Shown piece after piece: positions 23,263 to 36,359 of a stretch of DNA of 64,000 nt. The stretch comes from Lepidodermella squamata. Lineage: Eukaryota; Animalia; Gastrotricha. Where the stretch lies: the NCBI GenBank assembly GCA_047495785.1, contig JBLDXI010000007.1, forward strand, positions 4,591,881 through 4,655,880, written 5' to 3'. The translations under genes and the position numbers were made by a program. The notes under the pieces were generated by a model, which searched no databases, was not told the origin of the DNA, and saw nothing but the letters and a program-made list of their open reading frames with translations. How positions within the stretch are numbered: the first letter of the stretch is position 1; each line of letters starts with the position of its first letter.

Positions 23263-24110
23263 CTATTTTGCCGGCTGATGGCGACTATTAGCGTTCTCGC
23301 CTTGCTTTGCTTTGCTAGTGTTGCCGTTGACGATGTGCAGACGGGAAGTTTGAGTGACTGATGCTGCTGCGGATTGCTTCTCAGCAAGTGCAGCTGCTAC
23401 AACAGGCTGGCCATCGGCGCCGAACAAGTCGTCGAGGCGATCATCGCTGCTTCGCTTGTCAACTGTCGGCCTGTCGGAATCTGATAGATAAATTGGAAAC
23501 AGCATAAATTGGAAATATTCCGAAAGGCAAATCAGCTTATATTTCTCACCTGCTCTGATCTTCCTCATGTAAGCTTCAGCCTCTTCCAAGACAGGTTTAA
23601 AAGCTGCGTGTTAACAAAAACAGACGATTCGATGGCGTAAAATTAATGGCGGTGTGCTTTTTACCTGAAAGGGAGCGGGAAACTTGGTCGTAGTGTTTCC
23701 AAACCCGCGCAATCATTTCCTGGAACGAAGCAGCTTCTCTGGCAGCTTTAAGTTCAGCTGTAATATGAGTAAAAGAAAAAACCGGGGAAAATTGCCGCAT
23801 AACTAATGTGCTTGTTGCAAAACTAACCCTTGGTCATACGGCTGATAATTCTGAACGAAGGCGTCGTCGGCTTAGGTCGGCGCTTGGTCGTTGTTTCCTC
23901 CTCAGCGCTCCCGCTTTCGCCATCTTCTTCAGCATCCTCGGCGACATTTATTGCTGTTGCCTGCTCCTGGCTGGGTAGGGTCAGCCGACCGCTGCGAAAG
24001 TTGCGAAAATCAACGCCCTGCTGCCACCTCCTCGCCGATGCGTTGCACGAATTGCAAATCGCAAGGAACGCCAAACAGGCGAGAGTTAGAACGGGCAAAT
24101 AGCTCGGCAT
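23263..24110 (-). CDS. Secreted prepropeptide-like orphan C
   Basis: Signal MPSYLPVLTLACLAFLAICNSCNA, acidic spacer and KRR. Phase-1 exons AELKAAREAASFQEMIARVWKHYDQVSRSLS / AFKPVLEEAEAYMRKIRA / DSDRPTVDKRSSDD...PAK*. Confidence 0.75.
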
Positions 24111-24208
24111 CTTTGATTTCGATAACTGCGATTGAATTAGTCTTCGGCGAGAGAGTGTTCTGCAGAATGATTGGATGAGTGATGTAAGTATCATACCTCC
24201 ATCAATGC

Positions 24209-24216
24209 TTTATATA
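24209..24216 (-). promoter_or_regulatory. Putative TATA box of orphan gene C
   Basis: TATATAAA on the minus strand about 100 bp upstream of the ATG at 24110. Confidence 0.45.
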
Positions 24217-24511
24217 TCCCATGTGCGTATAAATTGATCAGCATGCAAATTCATGACGGCGAGACTCGTTTTATTGTCGTCTCGAACGGCGATTCAGCAG
24301 TCGCAGCAGGCGCAGACGGGCGTGAAGCGTGAACAACGACCACTTGTTTCTGTGTGGATCGACTTGTCAGCATACGCCATACAGAGGAGCACAGAGGAGC
24401 TTGGAAGGAGCTTCCAAGACGTATTGAAAAAATGTAAAGTAATGAAACATAAATCTACGCTCTCTCTTATTATGTACGCTTTATTCGCAGTATTTCATCA
24501 TCTCATATTAC

Positions 24512-26241
24512 TTAGTTTTGTAGCTGCCGTATTTTTTGGCGATGTTCCCGCTTCCTCCTGCGCCGTGCCTTCGCCTTATTCGCCATATTCGTGTGTGTCT
24601 GGATAGTCTTCTTGATCCACTCGACGGCTCTCTCGTTGACGCGCATGCCAACGCCGGGCATATATCCGCATGCACCGTTGCCGTGCGACGTCAAGCCGAC
24701 CAGCGTCCACTTGGAGCCGGCTCGGTCGCCGAACGGCCGCTCGACAACCGCCCACGGCCCGCCCGAGTCGCCCTCGCACGCATCAGCGTGATTCGTTATT
24801 CTCGTACACATCATGACGTCGGGATAGAACCCGAACAGCGACAAATTGGCCTTGCACGTCTCGTGCGTCTCGAGGAAGCGCGGCAGTTTCTGCAAATCCT
24901 TGGCGATTCTGCTACCCGACATCTGCCCGAAGCCGGTGATCATGATCTGGCGATCCGACAAGTCGTACGCCTTGCCTTCCTTCAAGCACACCGGAGATAT
25001 TGTTCGAGTGTAGTTCTGTAAAGGAGCTTGCGAAGCAGTATATAGTAAGACAGTTATCATCATGTTATGGAAAATGTTCTCTCAGTCAGTCTTACGATTG
25101 AAGCGGATCAGCATGTAGTCATTCGTCATCGTTGTGCCGTTTTTGAAATAGTCGGCGTGTGGGAAAAACATTTTTCCGACAGCACTATTCTTAGACGTCA
25201 CGTCAAATTTCATCGCAATAAAATCGTCCAACTGCGTGTATAAGAATGTTCGGCCCAAAGTCAACCGCATCCAATTATATTTTTGCAATTCCGGCCTGAA
25301 ATCATCACAGCAAGTACAAAAACGTGAACCCGAGTTGGACGTTTTAGCCTACAAGCAATGTGCCGCTGTGAGGATCCATTCGCGGTCGATCAGCGACCCT
25401 CCACACCGGTCAGCGTCGCTCGGCTGGCCATCACGCGGTTCTCTGTTATTGGGGAAGCTTGCGTCATTTTAGCCTAATACAAACCACCCACTCTCTCACT
25501 TGTCGAAGTATTCTATGATTATTTGGTAGGGAAATTCGCCGAAAATCGCGTCGTCGCCGTTGCTGATCTTGCCCATCGCCAGCGACTTGTACGGGTCGTA
25601 CATGGCCCGTCGCGAGCCATTGCCGCACAGCTTCGGGTCGAACGCATCGATGAGCGCGCGCCGCTCGCCCAGCTTGGTGATCACCTTCGTGTAGTCCTCC
25701 TCCGCGTCGTCCTCAACGTCATCAAGATCTTCGCACGCCTTCTTGTCCCGGAAGCACGCGCGCAGTTTCTTCATGCGAGCCAGCGCTTTGACGTTGCGCT
25801 CGCCCTGGTAGCTGCTGGTCAGCTCGTAGAACTTGGCGCCCTCGAACTCGCCGTCTGATGGCTTCGCATTGCCCGGGCATTTGAGGGAAACGGCGAATTC
25901 GCAGCGCTTAAACGCGTTCGTATCCTTGTCGAACCACGCCGCGAAACCGTCGCATTTCTCAATAATTCTTGGGCCGTTTTCCGGCGATTTCGGAAACGAA
26001 CATTCAAGGGCGCATTCGCTGAGAGATCGGCAGTAAGCACAATTGCCAGTTAATTTATGCATTTTCACCATTTCACAGTCGCCCTTCGAAAGTTCATATC
26101 TCGAGCCTTGCAAACTATGATGTGATAGTCTCACTGGAAAAGCCGTGAAATACAAAACTGACCTGCGCCACTAATTGATTGTGGGATTTGCGACCCAGCA
26201 ACGGAAAATGCCAGCCCGAAGGTCAGCCAGAGAATAAGCAT
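24512..26241 (-). CDS. S1A trypsin-like serine protease 1 with Cys-rich PAN/apple-like N-terminal domain
   Basis: Signal MLILWLTFGLAFSVAG; activation site GK|ISNG; TAAHC, NDYMLIRF and DACEGDSGGP; multi-exon. Confidence 0.92.
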
Positions 26242-26359
26242 AAGTTTCTCTCTACTACTTTTTCAGCTACTTGAACTAGAATAGGTAAGTCATTGAATTC
26301 ATTAAAAATAGCTTGTTTTATTAGCAGCAGCAGATGCGTGTAAATGGGTGAACGTGCAA

Positions 26360-28763
26360 TTAGGATTCACGTTGCGTCGTCTCCTTGATCCACGCGATTA
26401 CAGCGTCGGTAATGCGCGCGCCCACGCCCACGCCCTCGCCGCACGTGCCGCCCCAACTCGTCAGGCCGATGAGCGTCCACTTGGAGCCGGCCTGCGCGCC
26501 GAACGGCCGGTCCACCGTCGCCCACGGCCCGCCCGAGTCGCCCTTGCACTGGTCGCGCCCGCCCGAGTGGCTCGTGCACAGCATGGACGCGGGGTCGAAG
26601 CCCTTTTCGTCGCTCGATGTCGCGAGCAGCTCCAGGCACAGGTCCGCCTCCAGCACCTGCCGCGGCAGTTTCTGCAGCTTGTCCGGCATGAACAACTGGC
26701 TTGCGTTGCCGAGCGCGCGCGTATGCTCGCGAACTGCGCCGCGGTCGATCGCGTCCTCGGCGTCGGTGAGCCAGATTTCCGAGTGGCGCGTGTCGTTGGT
26801 GACGCCCCAGCCTGTCGTCAACACGACGCGTCTCGTGTAGTCGCCGACCGGCGTTTTCGGCAGGCAGATCGGGCTCATGTGGCTGGAGTACTCGCTGAGA
26901 GGAGCTGAACACGAACACACCACAGAGCAGTTGTGTACAAGATAACATGAGCATATTATAAACAAATTTACGTTCGATTCTGACTAGAGCGAAGTCGTAT
27001 TTGTAAGATTTGTGGTCACGCGTGTAGTCGTAGCCGGGGTGAATGAACACGCCCGACGTCCACGTGTGCTTTACGATCGGCCGAGTCAAGTACTTGTCAT
27101 TGTTCAGCATCTGCAGCCGACCCATGTAGACTGACGCTAACTTGGACGTCGACCACATCATTCTGAAAAGATTCAAATGAACCGCATTATACATATGATA
27201 TATTGGACGTATTTACAACTTCAAGTCCAAATTTCGTAGTATATACCGAAGGTCAGGGCTCCTTTGAAATACAAACTCCCGTGTTGCGAAAGTAACATTA
27301 TTTGGGAACATTTCCCGGTGGAGTTCTGGGTTTTATCGACGCAGTGGGGCCGAGTGTTGCTCAATTTGCACGAAATGTTTGCTTTTGCTGCTCGATTTTG
27401 TCGAAATCGGGACTGAATGCTGCTCTATTCTCGGGCTGCACCAACTTTGTAAATGGCTCAATTGTTTTCGAGTAATAAAATTATTTTGGGTTCCTCGGGT
27501 TTCATGAGTTTCATGGGTCTGAACAATTGACAACTATCTATATATGTGCTCCTCCTCAAATAATCAAGTGTCTAATATGTGAAAATATGTGATTACATAT
27601 ATAGCCCTAACATACTTACGCTTGGCCTTGGGTTATATGCAGTGTCTAGGAGCTGAGGTGCTTTCTAGAACCCAGCCGAGCAAACAAAAAGGTGCCCCTG
27701 TGGTTTCTCGGTTTTTCAGCCTTCCACTGGCTGAGTTGCGCGAAGTGGGATCTTCGAACTATATCAGGCCCCAATTTTATCACCAAACCAAATCCCCCTT
27801 TGGTTTATTCGGAATTTTTTCCATATTGGTCTGCCGTACTGGGGGCCACCCTCATTTTCCCGTACTTGGCGCCCTTCCAGCCCTTCCACCGCACTTGGTT
27901 CTTGGGTTGCGGAAGTTGAACCTTTGAACTCACTCTGGTGGGAAACAGTGGGCTGCCGTGAGGATCCACTCGCGGTCGATGATGGAGCCGCCGCAGTAGT
28001 CACTGTACTTCTGCGTCTCCTCGCGTTCCTTGCTGACGTACGTCACTTTCGGTTTCTTGCTCAGTATGGAGCCGGCGCACAGTGGGCAGAACTTGGTCTG
28101 AATGAGCACTTGGTACGGGAACTCGCCTTTCGCGGCATCGTGCCCGCCGACCATGCGGCCGGTGATGCGGAACGGGTCGTACGAGTCGCGGCTCGTGCCG
28201 TTGCCGCACAGCGCCGGGTCGAAGGCGTCGAGACTGGTGCGGCGCTTCCGGCTGCTTCCGCTTCTCCGCCGCAGCTTCACGATGGCGTTGCTGAGCTTGC
28301 GCATGGACCGGTCCGCCAGACTCTCCGCCCGGTAGAAGACGTTGCGGGTGGGCGGCGTGGAGCCCTTGGAGCACGGCCTCAGCTGGCTGGCGAGCGTGCA
28401 GCCGGCGAAGTGGCCGCGCGCCGTCACCGTGACGACGAAGCCGACGCAGCGCGTTAGCACGGTGGTGGTGGTGGCTCCGCCCGCGCCGGTGAGGTTGGCG
28501 TCCTTGTTCTGCAGCGAACACTCGATCTGGCAGTCGAGTTTGTTGATGCACGAGCGGCACTGCGCCCTGGTGTCCGGCTTGACGGCGACGGCCTCGCACA
28601 CGCTGTCGTCTTCCGTGAACTGCGTGTTGTCGATGACAGCCAGCTGGGCTGCAACATGTGACTTCAACACCGTGCACGCTACTACTACGCATACGAAGGC
28701 GATAATGGATGATGATAACCTGATGGGATAACGTGCTGGCGCTCCTGCTCCTGACCACTCCAT
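26360..28763 (-). CDS. S1A trypsin-like serine protease 2
   Basis: GR|MVGG, TAAHC, YDFALVRI and DQCKGDSGGP. N-terminal CxxC...CxxEC...CVGF...C domain. Confidence 0.92.
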
Positions 28764-29128
28764 TGTTCAGCAGCAGCAGTCGGGTATCAGTCGGGATAGG
28801 CACGAAGGCAAAGTTCGGCAGTCGCGGATTAATGCTAATTAGCTGATTAGCTGGCAGCAGACCTACTGCATAACACGCAGAGATTACCAGTTAGACAGTG
28901 AGTGTGATTGGAATAATTACACGCCACATGCGAATTCTTCTTCTTCTTCTTCCTCCTCTTAGCACCTTCAAGTCGCAAAGTTTATTAACGAATGACACCG
29001 CGAGCTAATAAAGATGATGCTCATCGCCTAGCTGACACTCTGATGCGACACTCGAAAGTGTGGAGCATAATGTAAAGCATATAAGTATAGGAGACATTAA
29101 GCAGCAGCACGCGAAGATGGCGATGATG

Positions 29129-31593
29129 TCAGGCGCGTGCTCGTGATGGCGATGCAGCGGCGGTGACGTTGCGGATCCAGAGCAGCACTTGGTCGGTGAT
29201 GCGGGCGCCGACGCCGACGTTTTCGCCGCACTCGAGGCCCCAACTCGTCGCCGCAATGAGCGTCCACTTGGAGCCAGCCTGCGGCCCGAACGGCCGGTCG
29301 ACGGTGGTCCACGGCCCGCCCGAGTCGCCCTGGCACTGGTCGCGCCCACCGCTGACGCTCGAGCAGATCATGAGGCTGGGGTCGAACACGGCGGTGGGCA
29401 GGCCCTGCGCCAGGTTTTCGATGCACTGGTCGGCCGGCAGCAGTCGCCGCGGCAGCTTCTGCAGCACGTTCGGCGTGAACTTTTTGCTGCCCGGCGGCTC
29501 TTCATCCGCATCATCATCATCATGAGCACCTTTCGCTTCTTGACCTTGATCTGCGTCATCCGCTGCTTGAGCTTTAGCTTGGGTTCGTGGTGCCATTGCA
29601 GCTAAACCACCACTACCACTGCCGCTGTCGCCGCCGCTTTGCTGCTTGCTGGCCTCGCCGATGCGGTCGATGGCGCGGTGAGCCTGCGTCTCGTCGGCGT
29701 GCTTCGCCGCCTTCGAGCCGCCCCACCCGCTCGTCATCACGATGCGGTTCGTGAAGTCCGCCACTGGCGAGCTCGGCAAACACACCGGACTGACGGTGCT
29801 GGTGAACTCTGTTAGAGGCTCTGCGCGTGCGAAACAAATTTAAAAGCGTGTTATTTTAGTGCACGCATGAGACACATTCGGTCGAAGCCCGATCGAAGCT
29901 GTGTGAACTTGCCGCTGTATAATTGAAGCTGCTTTTGAATTCATCTGACCCAATGCATTATTGACGTGGCAGAAATATAAGCTTGGAAGGTTAAGCAATC
30001 TCCAGCGAAGCAACCCGGCTGAAACGAAGTATGTATCCGGTACACGTGTGTTAGCGGGCTTAGGACGCAAAGCAGTCAAAGCGGCAGAGGAGAGAGAGAC
30101 ATGTTCAAGTCATTCGAATAAGCCTTCCCTATGGTGTTTCTGCCATGATTAGAGGGTGAGAATCAAGTTCTTCCATGCACATGCATTCGCACACCATACT
30201 ACATACATATCTGCTGATTATATACTGACTCACCGTTGAGTTTGACGAGGGCGTAGTCGTACTTGCTGCCGCCGCCCCGCTCCAGCTCAGCGTACTGCGG
30301 GTGCACGAACACGTTGCGCGGATCGATCGATATCATGTGGCCACCACGTGTTTCTGCTCGCCGCTGCCTTCTATGATTGCCATCCTGATCGTGATCATCG
30401 GCGCCTGCCATGGCGGTGAGGCGCGTGTCGCCGACGAGCAGCTGCATGGCCTTGTAGCCGGCGAGGGAGAAGTCTTCGGAGAAGCAGTGCCCGGCCGTGA
30501 ACAGCCACTCGCGGTCGATGAGAGACGCGCCGCAGTAGTTGCTCACCGTCGCCGACGTGAAGTTGGCGCGCGGCACGGCGACGAGTCGGCCCGATTGCGG
30601 GTCGCGCACCCGCGAGCCGGCGCACGCCTCGCACACCGTCATGAAGAGCACGGCCTGGTAGGGCAGCTCGCCCGGCTTGGCGTCGTGCCCGCCGATGATG
30701 CGGCCGGCGATGCGGAACGGGTCGTACGAGTCGCGGCTCGAGCCGTGGCCGCACAGCGCCGGGTCGAGCGAGTCCAGCGCGTAGCGGCGCGGCTTCAGCT
30801 TCGATGAGCTGCTGCTCGGATGATTCGCCGACGCCGCCGATGACGACTTGCTGTTGCGGTCACTCCGGTCGATGACGACGAGTTCGTAGAACTTGCCGCT
30901 GCTTTTGCGGTGCTGTCTACCAGCAGCAGCAGCAGCAGCTTTATTCTTGCTGCCGCCGCCTGGTGCCTTGCAATTCTTCGTCGTCGAAAAGTCCTGCACA
31001 AGCTTGCAAATGCCTTGACTGCCCGCCGATGTTGGCTGCTTAGAAAGCAACTTGCCTCTGCCACTGGTGGACGTGTTAACAGACGACGACGACGGCGGTG
31101 GGTGGACGACGACGAAGCCGACGCAGGCGGACTGCTGCTCGCCCTTGTCGCCGCCGTTGTTCTGCAGGGCGCACTCGAGGTGGCAGTCAGCGATGCTGGA
31201 GCAGGAGGCGCAGGCAGCCCGGTACGCCGGTGTCACCGCCTTGTACCAGCACACGCCGCCGCCGCCGACTTCTCGGATGCGGGTGCCTTCGATGATCGCC
31301 ATCGTCGGAGCATCACCACTGCTTTGTTTGCTCATCGGGCTTTTGCCTGGGTGTTTTTGCTTAGCATGCTGGTGATTGGGCGGGTGGCGATGATGGCGAT
31401 TGGTGGTTTTCGCGGCGTCGGCTCCACTGATGAAGAAGCAGCAATGCGCGGCGAATAGCAGCAGCAGCAGCAGCACGGTGGCGAGAGCATCATCTATGCA
31501 GTAGCAGGTGCCTTTCAAGAAACGCCGCAGAATCATCATCGTTGTTGTTGTGTAACAAACACACCTACTGGTATAAAACAGACAAACAAACAT
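29129..31593 (-). CDS. S1A trypsin-like serine protease 3
   Basis: GR|IIGG, TAGHC, YDYALVKL and [10 protein letters not shown]. Start codon uncertain. Confidence 0.92.
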
Positions 31594-32563
31594 GCTGAAC
31601 TACCTATATCAGTTATGTTATATGTTGAGTTGACTGAAACTGAACTATTGAACATGATGTTTCGTTACCTACACAGCAAATGCCTAAATAATAGTAGTAG
31701 TAGAAATACATTATTTTCATTCATAGCAGAACAGAGGCTGCTCCTGCTGCTCATCCTGCTAAGTATGACTGTTTGTCCGTCTGCCGGATAATCGTTAACG
31801 ATAATGATAATGATGCATTTCGAAGTAGGCTGCCTTTATATGCCGCGCCTCCACCGATAATCTGCCTGCCTGCCTGCGAGCGCAGCTGATGCGTCGCATC
31901 GACGAAGGCTGTTTCCTAGCAAGCTAGCAAGCTAGCAAGCTTCTACGACCCCGACATCGCATCGCATCGCAGTTGAACAATTGGGGTAAAGAACCTTGCT
32001 ATCAATAAACTTTGACTTTACATTGATTACCGATCGGTGTATACGGGCTTGACGTGATAATAATATGGTGGTGGCTTGTTGCGAAGCATTCGTCATGCGC
32101 GAAAACGCGGGCATAGCGGGCAGCTCATCCGCCGCTCATGCGCTCATGCATAACCGATGATGAAACCCGCCATCGAACAGGCGAACAAACGTCACATGAA
32201 AATAGTTGACAATTTTATACATAGTACCTACGATGGAAATATAATGCATGTCAGCAGTAATCGACCGCAATTTCGAGATCTCGCATAGGTCGTCGCATTT
32301 CGGAGAACTCGGCCGGATTTTGTTTCATCTCATTTCTACTGAACATAATTCATCGATATTGGTATACGTGAGTAGTAGTACTATGTAACTAGTGTTGCAT
32401 TGACGAAAGCAATTGACGACACACAGTGTCCGTAAAGTAAACTGATATGAACCCAATTAGGCAACAATTGGCGAATTTATTCCATTAGTAACGCTCAAGC
32501 ACTCGACATAATCTCTTTTTTCTGTTTCTGCCGTACTTGTGCCGTCTGAAATTAGACGGCGGA

Positions 32564-35271
32564 CTACTCGTCGTCGTCGCCGCCGCCGCCGCTGGTGTTG
32601 GCGATGTTGGCGATGACGGTGGCGTCGATCCAGCGCAGCACGTCGGCGTTGATGCGCGCGCCGATGCCGACGCTCTGGCCGCACTCGGCGCCGAAACTCG
32701 TCACGCCGATGAGCGTCCACTTGGAGCCGGCCTGAGCACCGAACGGCCGGTCCACCGTCGCCCATGGCCCGCCCGAGTCGCCCTGGCACTGGTCGCGGCC
32801 GCCGCTGACGCTCGAGCACACCTGCGTGGCGTGGTCGTAGGCGATGCGGCTGCTGCTGCTGCCGTTCGCTGATGCTGGCACATCGGCGGCGATGCGCTCG
32901 AGGCACTGCTGCTCGCTGAACAACTGCCGCACCAGCTTCTGCAGCACGTCTGGAAAGTGCAACTGCGGCTTAGCAGTAGTAGTAGTAGTAGCCGGCATCT
33001 TAGCAGCGGCAGGTGGTGGCGGAGGTGGTTGTTTTGAAGTCACCCGCCCGCCGTCACGGTTCGGTTTCTTCATCGCAGCAGCAGTTGCAGTGGCTTTTCC
33101 TGATGATGATGATGCATCGCCTACTGCTTCATCGTCGTCGTCGTCGTCGTCGTCGTCGTCCTGTTGACTGGCGTTGACTGCATCAGACCGTCGCTTCGGT
33201 TTCGCCTTGTTATTATTGTTGCTACTGCTATGGCCACTGCTATGTGACAGGTGGTGCATGACGAGCAGGCGGTCGACGACTTGGTTGTCGGCGCCGCGGT
33301 TGGGCGCATCCGACCGGCCCCAGCCCGTCATCACGGCGATGCGCCCAGCGTACTCATTCGCAGCAGCAGCAGCACCTGTCGTCGCTGCCTTGTTGCTCTT
33401 TTTCTTGTTCTTGTTGCCTCTAGTCTTAGCATGGTGATGTGCTGATGATGGTGGTGGTGAAGGCAAGCAGATGGGGCTCACCGTCGACGTGTACTCTGCG
33501 ATCGGCTCTGCGTTGCACACACACACATACAAAAAAAGACAAAGGCTTAATTATCAGGTCCTAGCCATAAATAAAGATGCAGCATAAGTATTTGATGCGC
33601 GTAGTAAAAACGAAGCTGAGCGTGCGCACTGGTGCTGAGCACACCCGAGATAGCGTGGATGGCAAGCGCGGATGATGCGATTCGAAAGCGCGAAAGCTGC
33701 TCTTGCAGTGAAGAAACGACATAGTACACTACTGTTGTATGAAGGCGGTCATTACAGGTAATGCGATATGACTCGAACTGACCGGTGAGCTTGACAAGGG
33801 CAAAGTCGTACTTGATGTCGTCGCCGTTGAACTTGGGATGCACGAATATCTGAAACAATCGATTAAGAAGTGCGTCCCGAAGTCCCGAAGCGAGTCATGA
33901 TGGACTTACATTGCTGCGGTCGATGCGCCGCAGTAAACTGCCATCATCATCAGCACTGGTAGGTTTCTTAGTCGTCGCCGCCACGGCCGTCTTCGTCTTG
34001 GTCTTCGTCTTGGTCATGATGGCAGTGATAGCGACGGCGGTGGAGATGCGCGTGGCGCCTAGCAACGCGACGACGCTGACGTTGCGCGCCTGCTTGAACG
34101 GCGGCAGGCCGACGCAGTGGCCGGCGGTGAGCAGCCATCGCCGGTCGATCAGCGCCGCGCCGCACCCTTCCGAATGCCAACTGCTGCTAGGGCCATCATC
34201 GCCACGCCTGCTGCTGCTCTTCTTCTTCTTCTTCATCTTCTTCTTGGCAGCATCATCATCATCGTCTTCGTCGTCGTCGTCGTCTTCATCATCATCGCCG
34301 CCATCGCCATCAGCGTCTGACTGCTGCGATGGCGGCTGCTGTTTCTCGTAGCTGATGGAGAGGAGGACCTGGTACGGGAACTCGCCGGGGCGCGCGTCGA
34401 CGCCACCGAGCATGCGCCCCGTCAGCCGGAACGGGTCGAAGGCGTCGCGGCTCGAGCCACGGCCGCACACCTCGGCGTCGTACGCGTCCAGGATCGCCAT
34501 CGCACTACGATGATGAGCATGCTTAGCATGCCTGCCATGCTTCTTCTTCTTCTTCTGCTGCTGGTTTCGCCCTTTGCTTTTGCTTTTGCTGCTACTGCTC
34601 GCATGATGGTGATGATGACCAGTCGTCACCACCGCCGCCGCTACTAGTTTGTACATGCTTGTCAGTGCCGCCGCCGCCACCTTGCTGTTGTCCTTATTGG
34701 CTGTTTTCGACGACGACGACGACGACGAGCAGGCTGGTGAGAAGTTGCTGACCAAAGTGCAAGAAACGAAGCTGCTGCCGTTGCTGCTGCTGCTGCTGCT
34801 CAATGCCGCGTGATCAACAGCGAAACCAACGCACCGTTGTTGTTTGCTGGTGGGCTTGTGCTTCGCCGCCTGTGCTTCGCCTTCATGGCTGTTCATGGCT
34901 GCGCACTCGACGAAGCAGTCGACTTCGTTCATGCACCGAACGCACTTTCCGCTGCTGCTGCTGCGTGTGCTTGTGCCACCTTGCTTCTGCTTAGTAGCAT
35001 TAGTATCGACTGCTGCTGCTGCTGCTGCGGGCTCGAAGGTGCACACTGCTGCCGATGCGGATGCGGATGCGGATGATGGGTAGAGCCTGATGACTCGATT
35101 GCCGTCGATGGTTGCATTCAACACCAATGATGATGATAATGGTGGCCGATGAGTAGCCGCAGCTGTAGCAGCAGCAGAATGAGCGCATGTCCATAGCAGG
35201 CTCATCATCATCGTCATCGCCATCGTCATCATGGCGATGACGAATGATGATGACGAATTCATCATCAGCAT
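32564..35271 (-). CDS. S1A trypsin-like serine protease 4 (extensive low-complexity insertions)
   Basis: GR|MLGG, TAGHC, YDFALVKL and [10 protein letters not shown]. Poly-S/D/K/A/H runs sit in loops. Confidence 0.9.
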
Positions 35272-36359
35272 TTTATTTCTCACTCGCAGCTCACTCGTTG
35301 TTATGGAGGCAATAGCAGTGCTGATATAAGTGAATTAACACAGGTGTACCTATTATGCGATGCGAGGATGCGATGATTTCTAAAAATCAATACGGTAACA
35401 CAACAAATGCATTATATCGATACATGATTTATACGTTGCAAACGCCTTGTTATTATTTGCATCCGCATACTATATGGATGGATAGCGCACGGCTATTACT
35501 ACTACTACTACTACTACTAGTAGGACTACCAGGACTACTAGGAATGCACTTCGTAGCTGATTTTGGCTGATCGCGCCTACCGATGCGTGTACCGATTTGC
35601 CACCGCCGATTTGCCTGCTGCGAAGTACAGGGGTGCTAGGGTGTCATCGCGACTCCCCAGCAGTAGCTCCGGGACTCCAAACAGAGAACGGAGGCTAGAC
35701 AATCCACAAGGAAGGGGAGTGGGTAGGTTTGGTTTCTTTGGTTTCTTCGGCTGGGTGCTAGAAACTTGCTAGAAACACCACCTCATCTCCCGGATACTAC
35801 TTATTCGCACACTGCTGCTGCTGCTGTCAACCCTTAAAACTCGCGTTGTGTAAGCTACTATAGACCAAGTACTACAAAAAAAGAATTAGCGTAAGCGCAG
35901 TCGGGTCGCATCATTGCAGTCGGGCGCGAATAGGCAGATAGATGGATGATGCGCTAATACATAGGTGGGTATCTATCGCAAAAAAATCACGCCCGATGGC
36001 CGGATGACTGACTGACCGTGTAATTAATTGGTAGGCTCACCTTATACCTCTGCTGTCAGGAGTTTATAGATACTCAGTGACTCATCATCAGTGACTACCC
36101 TACTTAGTACTTTGTAAGCTACTGTTCAGCCTGTTGCTGGCTGGCTGGCTGCACGTGCAATCATAATTTTAATAATCACTAAGAATTAAGAAGACTGAGA
36201 CGCAGTCTGAGACGGTATTAAGCGATCACATTTTTTATTACGACGGCTCAATACTTGTTAGTTTTCGTTAATTTCATCTTCTGCTACTTCGATCAGTAAT
36301 TAACACGGGTGGCTCAAGTTGCCGGTGGTGGTGGTGCGACTGCTGCATCATGGTTATTG

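Noticed and set aside
27648-35790. Short shared sequence at about 27648-27690 and, inverted, at 35737-35790
   Set aside because: Probably fragments of a dispersed repeat; too short to define an element or an inversion.
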